In this document: in pieces, positions 44,351 through 56,500 of the stretch | Layout: the number at the start of each line of letters is the position of its first letter | Position numbering within the stretch: the stretch's first letter is position 1 | Assembly: GCF_009914755.1 (NCBI RefSeq) | Contig: NC_060928.1 | Source of the DNA: the human T2T-CHM13v2.0 reference genome, Homo sapiens | DNA: 64,000 bases | Direction: 5' to 3' (one strand) | Position numbers and translations under genes: made by a program | The notes under the pieces: generated by a model | Databases searched by the model: none | What the model was told of the DNA's origin: nothing | Seen by the model: the letters and a program-made list of their open reading frames with translations, nothing else

Positions 44351-46279
44351 GATGACATTATTTTATATTTAGAAAACTCCATCGTCTCAGCCCAAAATCT
44401 CCTTAAGCTGATAAGCAAATTCAGCAAAGTCTCAGGATACAAAATCAATGTGCAAAAATCACAAGCATTCCTGTACATCAATAACAGACAAACAGAGAGC
44501 CAAATCATGAGTGAACTCCCATTCACAATTGCTACTAAGAGAATAAAATACCTAGGAATACAACTTACGAAGAATGTGAAGGACCTCTTCAAGGAGAAGT
44601 ACAGACCACTGCTCAAGGAAATAAAAGAGGACACAGACATTTGGAAAAACATTCCATGCTCATGGATAGAAAGAATCAATATGGTGAAAATGACCTTACT
44701 GCCCAAAGTAATTTATAGATTCAATGCTATCCCCATCAAGCTACAACTGACTTTCTTCACAGAATTCGAAAAAAAACTACTTTAAACTTCATATGGAACC
44801 AAAAAAGAGCCCACATAGCCAAGACAATCCTGGGCAAGAAGAACAAAGCTGAACGCATCATGTTACCTGACTTCAAAGTTTACTACAAGGGTACAGTAAC
44901 CAAACAGCATGGTACTGGTACCAAAACAAATACATAGACCAATGGAACAGAACAGAAGCCTCAGAAATAACACCACATACCATCTGATCTTTGACAAACC
45001 CAACACACACAAGCAATGGGGAAAAGATTCCCTATTTAATAAATGGTGTTGGGAAAACTGGCTAACCACATGCAGAAAACTGAAACTGGACCCCTTTCTT
45101 ACACCTTATACAAAAATCAACTCAAGATGGATCAAAGACTTAAATGTAAGATCTAGGATCACAAAAATCCTAGAAGAAAACCTGGGCAATACCATTCAGG
45201 ATGTAGGCATGGGCAAAGACTTCATGTCTAAAACACCAAAAGGAATGGCAACAAAGCAAAAATTGACAAATGGGATCTAATTAAACTAAAGAGCTTCTGC
45301 ACAGCAAAAGAAACTATCATCAGAGTGAACAGGCAACCTACAGAGTGGGAATACATTTTTGCAATCTATCCATCTGACAAAGGGCTAATATCCAGAATCT
45401 GCAAAGAACTTAAACAAATTTACAAGAAAAAAGCAAACAGCCCCATCAAAAAATGGGCAAAGGTTATGAACAGACACTTCTCAAAAGAAGACATTTATGC
45501 AGCCAAAAGATATATGAAAAAATGCTCATCATCACTGGTCATTAGAGAAATGCAAACCAAAACCACAATGAGATACCATCTCATGCCAGTTAGAATGGTG
45601 ATCATTAAAAAGTCAGGAAACAACAGATTCTGCAGAGGTTGTGGAAAAATAGGAAAGCTTTTACACTGTTGGTGGGAGTGTAAATTAGTTCAACCATTGT
45701 GGAAGACAGTGTGGTGATTTCTCAAGGATCTAGAACCAGAAATACCATTTGACCCAGCAATCCCATTACTGGGCATATACCCAAAGGATTATAAATCATT
45801 CTATGATAAAGACACATGTACACATATGTGTATTGCAGCTTTATTCACAATAGCAAGGACTTGGAACCAACCCAATTGTCCATCAATGGTAGACTGGACT
45901 AAGAAAATGTGGCACATATACACCATGGAATACTATGCACCCATAAAACAGAATGAGTTCATGTCCTTTGCAGGGACATGGATGAAGCTGGAAACCATCA
46001 TTCTCAGCAAACTATCACAAGATCAGAAAACCAAACACCATATGTTCTCACTCATAAGTGGGAGTCGAACAACAAGAACACATGGACACAGGGAGGGGAA
46101 CATCACACACTGGGGCCTGTAGGGGGTCGGGGTGTAGGGGAGGGATAACATTAGGAGAAATACCAAATGTAGGTGATGGGATGATGGGTGCAGCAAACCA
46201 CCATGGCGTATGTATACTTATGTAACAAAACTTCACATTCTGCACATGTAACCCAGAACTTAAAGTATAATAAAAAGAT
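44351..46279 (+). mobile_element. 5'-truncated L1PA7/8-like LINE-1
   Basis: Starts at the RT DD motif; 3' UTR aatgtaggtgatggg...gcagcaaaccaccatggc; 12-bp TSD ATATTACTGCTT (44339-44350, 46280-46291). Confidence 0.93.
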
Positions 46280-46689
46280 ATATTACTGCTTATTGACATT
46301 GCACTTAGTTACTCAAGAGCTCTGATTGAGGTGTGTAAGATTGGTGTTGTTTTCCCGCCTGCTAACACAACATCTATTCTGTAGCCCATAGATCAAGGAG
46401 TAATTCTGATTTTCAAGTCTTCTTATTTAAGAAATACTTTTCATAAGATTAACGGCTGCTAAAGATAGTGATTCCTCTGATGGATTCCTCTGATGGTAAA
46501 GTAAACTGAAAACTTGGAAGAGATTCTACATTCTATATGCCATTAGGAATATTTGTTATTCATGGGAGAAGAACAAAATATTAACAGGAGTTAATATTAA
46601 AAGATTAAATAAATTTAAATAGATTAAATTAACGAGTTAAATTAAAAGATTAACAGGAGTTTGGAAGAAGCTGATTCCAACCCTTATCT

Positions 46690-47205
46690 TATCTCAATGG
46701 TCACATCTCAGTCTCCTTTGCAGATTCTTTCTCTTTACTCCAAAACCTTCTTAATATTCTAGTGTTTTCTCTCAGTTCTTGGGCACTTCTCATTTTTATC
46801 CATATTCACTTTATTGGTAACTGTAGGGAGTTTCATGACTTTAAATACCGAGTATATTTCAACAACTCACAAAATTTTATCTAGGCTCAGTCTGCTGAAC
46901 TCCAGGCTCATATATCCAATACTTAGATATCATAAATTCAGTATCTCTGAAAATACATTCCTAATGTTCCCTTCTAAATCGACCCCAAATTTAATGTCTC
47001 TCATTTTAATTCATGGCAACATTTTCTAATTGCTCAGGAGAAAAACGCTGGAGTACTGTTTAAACCCTTTATAACACAATATATTTGCCAGGAATTGCTG
47101 TTGCCTCTACCTTCAAAATGGATCCATAACTGACTACTTTTCCCCATCTCCAGCACTACCACCACCTTGTTTCTCACTTATACAAATGCAATAGTCTCCT
47201 AACAG
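46690..47205 (+). mobile_element. L2 fragment
   Basis: tctcagtctcctttgc...ctgaactccaggctcatatatccaa...tgcaatagtctcctaac. Confidence 0.7.
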
Positions 47206-47670
47206 ATAAGAAAGCCCAATGTAGCTGGGCATGTGGATGAAGGGGAAGAGGTAATATCGAAGAAAAGGGCCAATAACAGATACGTTTAAAGCTTTCTAGA
47301 TAAAGGTAAGAAGCTTGATTTTATGCCACTGGGATAAGGAACCTACTGGAGTGTTTTACATAGGGAAGTGACATGATCTTCTCTGTGTTTTAAGAAAAAA
47401 TAACTTTGCTCCTGGAAAGAGGATGGATGGTTTAGGGGTAAGGGTAAAAAAATAGAGGGATTGAATAGGAGGTATTGCAACAGATCAGAGAAAGATGATG
47501 GTGAGAGTGGATATGGAGAGCAGATTCAGGATAGAAGTAGGTAACAGAGGACTTGTTGATTGAGTGACTGAGGTAAAATGAAAGAAAGAGAAATTAATGT
47601 AACTATTGGGTTTTTAGGTTAAGCAACCTAGCAGATGGTGTTATTATTTACTAAGTTAAGGAGATTCATT
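47206..47670 (-). mobile_element. L2 fragment
   Basis: ccactgggataaggaacctactggagtgtttt...gtgacatgatc...aagcaacctagcagatggtg. Confidence 0.7.
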
Positions 47671-47785
47671 AACTATAGTTTCATAGCATTTTCAAGTATA
47701 TAGCAGAAACACTTTTCTAATTTAAACATCCTATAGATATAAACCACATAAACTTGCATGAGCTCATTAAAATTGAGAATTTAGA

Positions 47786-47922
47786 GGCTGGGTGTGGTGG
47801 CTCATGCCTATAATCCCAGCACTTTGGGAGACCGAAGGAGGAGGAATGCTTGAGCCCATGAGTTCAAGACCAGCCTGGACAAAAATAGCGAAACCTTATC
47901 TCAAAATAAATAAATAAATAAA
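47786..47922 (+). mobile_element. FLAM_C / Alu left monomer
   Basis: ggctgggtgtggtggctcatgcc...cttgagcccatgagttcaagaccagcctgg followed by (TAAA)n. Confidence 0.88.
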
Positions 47923-47990
47923 CATTAAATTAATTTGATAACTTAGGAATTATTTTCATACATACAATACTGTTTCTGTGCTATAAAATG

Positions 47991-48069
47991 AATTATTTAA
48001 GCATATCTTGATCATGTTTAAAGTAAATTATTTAAGCGTATGTTGATTATGTTTAAAGATCATGTTTAC
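47991..48069. repeat. 35-bp tandem duplication plus partial third unit
   Basis: aattatttaagcatatcttgatcatgtttaaag twice, 3 mismatches. Confidence 0.85.
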
Positions 48070-50080
48070 AAACTTAAAGTAATAGAATTGAAAGTGTCTA
48101 TAATGTTAAACATTTCACAAATATTTGGCTAACCTATGTGGTAACAATTCCAGGAAAAGGAAATTTATCTATCTCAAGGACTCTAGCACCAAACTCAATT
48201 TTTAAACCTATCTAATAATTGAAACACTCTTCCTTACATTAGGCCAAAATCTACCTCCTGGAGTATTTATCTAATAGTCCTGATTCTGCCATCTGTGGCA
48301 AATAAATAGCACCTAATCTAAGATAAACAACATTTGTCACCTTTGGCACCACTTTTAATTCTCTGGCTCACAGCAGGCATTACTAATTTACCACTGTAAC
48401 TTTTCTTGCTGATCTAGCAGGGTTCCTAATCAGACTTAACACAGTATTCTTGGCAGCCACTACAAATCAATAGAAGATAAAACTAATCCCTTCAAGAAAA
48501 ATTATTGAGTGTTTATTATGTTTCTGCATTCATTCAAGGAATCCACAGTCGACTTGTATGTAGATGGTTATACAATAATCTCATAAATATTATAAGAAGT
48601 ATAGAGTATATGCAAGGTCAGGAAAAAAATGGGTATCTGGACCAGATTAAACAGAATAAGGAAGAGTTGCCTTCTTGCTAACAGTCCTTTAGTTGAACAG
48701 ACATTAAATATATGTCAAATTTTCTTTTCTCCATTCTTAGTGCCCTTAGTATCTTCAAGCTTGTGTGCTAGAGGAGAATGTTAAGGCATATTAGGGAAGG
48801 TATTTCTTGTCTTTTTCTATATAAAAGGCACTTAAGACTTGAACATAATTAACATTAGAAGAAGTTGAGAAATGGCTGTAGAGTTCTAATGTGAAGGTAT
48901 AAATCAAGAATTGTACACTCATCCAAGCATTTCTTCTATAATGAATAGAAAGTCATTGACAACTATGCAAGAGATTGGGTGATTAGTACATAAAAACTTT
49001 CTTTAAAAACATGGATACATAAAACTGACAATGAAATCTAGCTAACCAAGAGATTAATTAGAATAGCTCAATTAACAGAAAAATAGTGATACATCAAAAA
49101 TATATAATGTTGAGTAGTGAATCTATTTAAATATAGAAATTAAACAACTTTGAGTTTGACATGGTTATAATTTCTGCTCTTTCAAAGCAAGGAAGTAGTA
49201 GATACTTTGCATAGTTGAAACAATCAAAAACATTGGATGCCTATTCTGTATGACAGTTATTTTCTTAAATTTACAGGTAACTTTTTCTTTTCATGAAGAA
49301 ACACTCATTTCAAGGTCAACTATGCCTTCAATTTTACATCTGTTCTTCTATCTCAGATATACAAAAGTAAAAATTAAATCAAAGTTTTCTGTTTTTATAT
49401 GAAAAAGTATCCCATTTTCAAAATTAATTTCTTTCTGACTACCTATCTCACCTACCCTCTTCCTTTCTGCATATATACTGAGAAGTGTATGTATGGAATA
49501 TGGTCAGAAAAGGCAGGTAACAATCCTTGTTAAAGTGTCAGATTTTTATTCTTATTTGAACTTTTCTAATCAGTATATATCATTTTTTCTATAAAAACAA
49601 TAAAGGATTCAATTTTTTAAAAATGATACAGGTTAAAATATATATATAAAAATTTAGTCTTATTAATTTTCATCTTTTTTATTTAGTTTTATTTATCTGC
49701 ATATTTTGAGAATTCTTATCTTTAAAATAGAGATACTATCTACCTCACAGGATGACTATGAGCTTTAAAGAAACTGATACATGTAAAATTCTTACTAAAC
49801 TATCAAGTGTTTCATATGTATGTAATTCATTACTCATGTAATGTTAATATTATGTATTATATAATTGCATAACATTACATATTATTAAAATGCTATACTA
49901 TTAATATTATATAGAATACTATATCATATTACCAATAAAATCTCACAATATATTCAAAGAATCAAAAGTATAAGAAATTTAAATACAAAGACAAAATATA
50001 AAGTGGTATAAATACAAAGTGACATATCTAGGGATAGAGCAAAATAAGTCTTACTTATCTATTATTAAAGTACAATAAGG

Positions 50081-53000
50081 GAACATACTTTGAATAGATC
50101 CATGGAGAGAAAACACCAAGAGTTGATACAGAGGCAATGCAGACCCTGAGGGTAAAGAGAAAGGAAGCTGGAAACCCTGTACAGGGTTGTCAAATGCCAG
50201 TGCTAGTTCCATCCTAGAACGGCTCCTGGGGAAGGGCTGAGTGAAGAGATGGTGAGGCAACCCACTCTTGCTGTGAAATGTTGGGATCCTAGCTACACGA
50301 GATCCCACAACCCCCATAGACATTTTAACTGGTGGGGGTGTGTGGGGGGTCTGACCAGAGAGTACACAGAGAGTAGAGAGAGACAGAGCTCCAGCCTGCA
50401 TGGAGCCTGGGGGTTTTTGCACACAGGGCAGCTGCAGTGGAACGTGGCCACAGGTGCCCATATCCCAAGGCTCTCAATCTTCCCCAAGTTGCTCTAACCC
50501 CAGTTGACTGTAGGGTCAAGAGACTGCAGGGCCAAATTTTGCAAGAAATTATACATTCAAGTCTACAAAATAAAAGCTAACAATATGATAACAATATCAA
50601 AATCTCACATATCAGTACTAACCCTGAAAGTAAATGGTCCAAATGCCGCAATAAAAAGGCATAGAGTGGGAAGTTGGATCAGAAGACAAGACCCAATTGT
50701 CTTCTGTCTTCAAAAGACCCACCTCACATGTAATGACATGCACAAGATCAAAGTAAAGGGATGGAGAAAGATCTACCATACAAATGAAAAACAATAAAGT
50801 GCAGGAATCACAATTCTTATATCACATAAAACAGACTTTAAAGCAACAACAATCAAGAAGGACAAAAAAGGGCATTATATAATAAGAAAGGATACAATGC
50901 AACAAAAAGGCTTAACTATCCTGATTATGTATGCACCCAACATTAGTGCACCCAGATTCATAAAACAAGTTCTTCTTGACTCACAAAAACACACAGATAG
51001 CCACACAATAATAGTAGGAGACTTCAGCACACCACTGAGAGCATTAGACAAATCATCCAGTAAGAAAGCTAACAAGTTTTTGATTTAAACTCCACAATTG
51101 AGCAATTATACCTAACAGATGTCTACAGAATGCGCCACTCAAAAATCACAGATTATATATTCTTCTCATCTGCACCCAGAACATGTCCAAAGATTGAATA
51201 CATGCTGGGTCATAAAGAAAGTCTCAAGAAATTAAAAAACTTGAAACCATATCAAGCACTCTCTTGGACCACAGTGCAATAAAAATAGAAATCTATACCA
51301 AGAAGAACGCTCAAAACTACACAAATACATGGAAATTTAACAACTTGCTCCTGAGTAACTCTTGGGTGAGCAACAAAATTAAAGCCGAGATTAAAAAATT
51401 CTATGAAATTAAAAAAATTAGAGACACATCTTACCAAAAGGTTTGGGATGCAGCTAAAGGAGTATTAAGGGGAAAGTTTATAGAAATAAACGCCTTCATC
51501 AAGAAGTTAGAAAGATCTCAAATTAACAATCTAATACTACACCTAGAGGAACCAGGGGAAAAAAGAACAAACCAACCACAAAGTTAGAAGAAGAACAGAA
51601 ATAACTAATATCAGAGAAGAATTGAATGATATTGAGAAGCAAAAGTCTACACAAAAGATCAATGAAACCTAGAGTTGGTTTTTCAAAAGAATAGACAAAA
51701 TTATTAGACCATTAGATAGATTAACAAAGAAAGAAAGAGAAGATCCAAATAAGCACAATCAGAAATGACAGAGATAGCATTACAATTGATCCCACAGACA
51801 CAATATATATTCAGAGACTATTATGAACACCTATATGAACACTAATTAGGAAGTCTAGAGGAAATAGATACATTCCTGGAAACACAAAATCTTCTAAGTC
51901 TGAACCAAGAAGAAAGTGAAAACATGAACAGACCAAACAAATAGACCACTGGAACAGAAAAGAGGACCCAGAAATAAAGCCAGAAACCTACAACGATTTG
52001 ATTTTCCAAAAAATTGTCAAAAATAAGCAATGGAGAAAGGACTCCCCACTCAATAAATGGTGCTGAGATAACTGGCTAGCCATATGCAGAAGAATGAAAC
52101 TAGACCTCTTCCTGTCACGTTATACAAAAATTAACTCAAGATGAATACAAGATTTAAATTATAAAAATTGTAGAAGAAAAGCTAGGAAATACCCTTCCCG
52201 ACATTGATCTTGGCTAAGAATTTATGGCTAAGTCCCCAAAAACAATTACAACAAAAACAAAAATTGACAAGTAATACCTAATTAAATGAAAAGAGCTTCT
52301 ATACAGCAAGAGAAATGATCAACAGTGTGAGCAGACAACCTACAGAATGGGTGAAACAATTCACAAACTATGCATCTGAGAAAGGTCCAATATCCAGAAT
52401 CTATAAGGAAGCTAAAGAAATCAACAAACAAAAAAAGAAATAATTTCATTAAAAAATGGGCAAAGAACAAGAACAGACATTTCTCAAACAAGGACATGCC
52501 AGTGGCCAACAAATGTATGAAAAACAGGCTCAACATCACTGATCATCAGAGAAATGCAAATGAAAGCCACAATGAAATACCATTTCACACCAGTCAGATT
52601 GGCTATTATGAAAAAAAAAAAAAAAAAAAAAAACAGGTGTCAGTAAGGCTGTGGAGAAAGAACACTTATACACTCTTGGTGGGAATATAAGTTATTCATC
52701 CACTGCGGAAAGCAGTACGCAGATTTAGTGAAGAACGTGAAGTCCCATTCAACCCAGCAATCCCATTACTAGGTACATACCCAAAGGAAAATGAATCATT
52801 CTACCCAAAAGACACGTGTACCTGTATGTTAATCACTGCACTATTCATAATTGTCAAGACATGGAATTGACCTACGTGCCCATCGACAGTGGACTGCATA
52901 AAGAAAATGTGGTACATATACACTATGGAATACTATGCAACCATAAAAAGAATAAAATCATGCCCTTAGTAGCAACATGGATGCAGCTGGAAGTTATCAT

Positions 53001-53296
53001 CCTAAGAGAATTAATGCAGGATCAGAAAACTAAATACCACATGTTCTCACTTATAAATGGGAGTGAAACCCTGACTACACATGGACATAAAGATGGAAAC
53101 AATAGACACTGAGGATTACTAGAAGTAGAGAGGGAGGAAGGCGTGGTCTGAAAAATTACCTATAGGGTACTATGCTCTCTACCTGAGTGATGGGATCATC
53201 TGTACCTCAAATCTCAGCATCACACTATGTACCCATGTAACAAACCTGCACCTTTACCCTCTGAATCTAAAATAAAAGTTGAAATTATTTTTGTAA
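50081..53296 (+). mobile_element. L1PA16-like LINE-1 with two large internal deletions
   Basis: GC-richer 5'-UTR-like segment, ORF2 EN (GDFSTP, DHSAIK), ORF2 C-terminus, 3' end ctgaatctaaaataaaagttgaaattat; degenerate 14-bp TSD AAAGTACAATAAGG / AAAATATAATTAGG. Confidence 0.85.
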
Positions 53297-54053
53297 AAAA
53301 TATAATTAGGTGGTGGTGCAATTTTTTTTCTTGAGTGACTAGTTATTACAACTAGGTATGTTGAGGGAAAAAAGTCTAGGAAGTATCAAGTAAGATTTAG
53401 TCTCCATTAATAATTCCTCAGCTTGAAAGGGCCTATATTTTCCTAATCATTATAGAATTTCCTATGAGATTAAATTTTATCTCATAAGTACCAGTAATTA
53501 TGCCTAAAACTTGTTTTAATTATAACTTTGAATTCTAAATGTGTTCAACTAATTTCTATTGTTTGTTTACATAGAGACTGTAGGACATATTTTTCTACAC
53601 CCCCTATTTTGTTTGAAGTCCTTTTCAAGCCTCCTTGTAAACAAATTTCTACAAGACTCTTTGTAGATAAGGGCTTGTAGATAATTTTTTCAGATCATTA
53701 AGAGATGTTGATAAAATGCTCAAATAAAATATAAATAAATATTAGGCTACTTAAACAAAATCCAGAATCTGAACAGATGGAAATCTTATCTAAGGATTAT
53801 TATGGAAAGTAACACCTCAATTTTTTTCAATCTGATAATTTTCCATGCCCATAAGCTGCAGTTGTCTTTTGAAACCTATTTTAAGAGGTTTTTTCTTCTT
53901 AGTTGATGACCTTTTCCCTTACAGTTAGAGTTATCAAATATAGTCAACCAAATTACTGAGTCCAAATGCTTTTCAAAAGGAAATGTTCAACTTGCCCAAA
54001 TTTAAAACCAGATTAATTTATCTGCCATACTTAATGGAGAGTATTAACCTTAC

Positions 54054-54137
54054 CTGCTGCCAAGCATCTGGCCCTGGTTCTGCATCTTGATTCATGCTTG
54101 ATCTGGCAAGCAATCATAAATAGCCATATATTCAAAC
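54054..54137 (-). other. Candidate spliced exon (84 nt)
   Basis: Minus strand cctttgctacctctag|G...CAG|gtaagg; sequence signal only. Confidence 0.35.
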
Positions 54138-54448
54138 CTAGAGGTAGCAAAGGTGTAATTGGTAGAAGCAGCACACAGAGGACACAAAGAAATTGAATTT
54201 ATATAAGAAAAGGTCAGGGAAAAGCAAATTATATTTATTATTTTAGATGCTAGATTTCTAGTCTTTAATTTTTTTTTTCTAGGAATCTGGTGAGTTAGGT
54301 TGGTTAGTATTTTAATCAATTGTATGATGACATGAGGGAAATTTTTTAAAACCCAAGAACCTTGTAAACACTGGCCAAAAAATGGAAAAAGTTGTTGAAA
54401 ATATTGAAACATAGCCACTTGAAAATTATTTTAGCATTTTGAACTTAC

Positions 54449-54481
54449 GTAAGATTGAGCACAAAGACATCGTCAGAGAAC
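54449..54481 (-). other. Candidate spliced exon (33 nt)
   Basis: Minus strand ttttttgattggctttccacag|G...TAC|gtaagt; sequence signal only. Confidence 0.35.
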
Positions 54482-55660
54482 CTGTGGAAAGCCAATCAAA
54501 AAAAGGATGATTTATCAGAAATATAAATAGAATTATTGCATAGAGAATGAGATAATTCCATTTATCATTTGTTTAACAATTTTCTTGAGCATTTTATTTT
54601 ATATCACAAAGATTTAACATCACTAATAATAAAAATGTAAATTAATGCAATGCATGCCATTTTGCTTAAAAATTTACAAAGGATAGGAAAAGGATAATGT
54701 TCATTTTGCCAAAGGTTTAACGAAATTGACAATAACAAAAGTATAAGTGATAATTTATTATGATGAATCTAAATCATAGAAATGATTTGACACATGCACG
54801 TTCTCTATAAATATACAAAGGGGAAGATAAACAATCACATTACTACTGTAAATACATCCTTCCTCTTAGTACTATCTGGTCCCTGTTGTCCTGTGGTAAC
54901 GCAGAAAAATGGAAGCCAGTCTGACACTTAGAAACGTAAAAGATTTTGTTATGACTCCTTTGCCCGCTGGTGCCTATGAGCCACCAAAGCACTCTTAAGA
55001 TAGGTACATAAAAACACATTCTGCCCAAAGATTTCATAAATTGAAACCAGATTTTCTCATTGTAATGGAAAAACATATGTTTAAAAGAATATCTATGCAT
55101 TTCTCATGCCATCAAGTTCAAAACCATTTCCTCATTACCGTCCAGCACCATTGCAACCAGTAAGATTATCTGGTTTGACTTACAAAAGCATTGGCTCACT
55201 TTGAAATAGAGTGTCTATTCATGAAAACTGAAAAAAATTTCCTTATGAAACCTGATTTTCATGATAGCTTGTCCCCTAAGGCTTCACTTGGATTCTCACC
55301 AAAGACCATTATCATCAATAGAACAGAAGAATGTTAACTCTCTATAGCATCCTATATATCCATTTTGTGGACAGGTTTTCAAAGTCACATTTTCAACTGT
55401 TGGACTTGCTTTCTTAAGTGAATATTATGCAGAGCCCAGTATACAGAACAGATTAAGGTAGAGTTGATTTGCTAAAAGCAGAGTGAGAGATGAGCACCCT
55501 TCATGTTTAAGGTCCCACTTTTATCTAGTAAAATCCTGAGGCATATCTATTGAATTTTAAGGACAAGGTGAATTCAGTTAAAACACCAATGAACTAGAAG
55601 AAGGTAACAAAATGTTCTAAGGCAAAAGGAGATAAAAGGCTGTCAAAAACAGAGAAACTA

Positions 55661-55961
55661 GGTCCCGCAGGGTGGCTGATGCCTGTAATCTCAGCACTTT
55701 GGGAGCCTGAGGCAGGGGGATCCCTTGAGCCCAGGAGTTTGAGATCAGGCTGGGTAATGTGGGGAGACCCTGTCTCCATATTTTAAAAAATAATAATTAG
55801 CCAGACATGCTGGCACACGATTGTAGTTCCAGCTACTCTGGGGTCTGAGGTGGGAGGATTGCTTGAGTCCAGGAATTAGAGGCCTCAGTGAGCTATGACT
55901 GTGCCACTGCACTCCAGCCCAGGTGACAGAATGAACCCCGTCTCAAAAAATAAAAATAAAA
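55661..55961 (+). mobile_element. AluJ (Jo/Jr-like)
   Basis: cttgagcccaggagtttgag and gagctatga diagnostics; degenerate TSD aaaaacagagaaacta / aaagacagaaaaacta. Confidence 0.92.
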
Positions 55962-56262
55962 AGACAGAAAAACTAGACGACTATTAGTGCATCCTCTGAT
56001 GGGGCCTTTTAGAACTAAAATGCTGGCAATGTTTGGTTTGTTCCTGGGCTTAATAGCTCTTAAATCTAAGACCCAAGAGAGCCCCTTTTTCAGGCTCTTT
56101 TATCTTGTCCTTATTTAATTGTCAGTTTCTGGGAAAGGGAGGGAAAGCAAAGAAAAAAATGTAAAAATTTTAAATATTTAAGATAAACATATTTTATTTG
56201 TACCTGAGTATATTTATATTTCTTTAAAATTTGATAAGTATTACCTGTCATTTATTTTGATA

Positions 56263-56500
56263 TGCGTCAGGCTATTTTGTGTTGCTATAACAGAATAGCA
56301 CAGACTGGTTAATTTGTAAAGAAGTTTCTCATAGTTCTAGAGGCTTAGAAGTCCAAGATCAAGGTGCCAGCATCTTTTTATAGTTGCATAAATCCATTCA
56401 TGAACAAAACACCTCCCAGAGGCTCCATCTCCCAACACTGCAGGACTGGGAATCAAGTTTCTAACAAATGGATTTTAGGGAACACATTCTGACTGTAGCA
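56263..56500 (-). mobile_element. MSTC/MSTD/MLT1A-like LTR, internally deleted
   Basis: gtgttgctataacagaatagcacagactgg...gaagtccaagatcaaggtgccagca...acattctgactgtagca. Confidence 0.75.

Larger units (their letters stand above)
42737..46684 (+). mobile_element. Tigger1 DNA transposon, 3' truncated, with nested Alu and L1
   Basis: TA|CAGGCATACCT left end; transposase remnants MKAERGEKAAEEKSEASR and [13 protein letters not shown]; no right TIR seen. Confidence 0.93.

Noticed and set aside
48140-48475. Possible CR1/L3 and old hAT fragments (also near 20120-20300)
   Set aside because: Too degenerate to assign without an HMM search.
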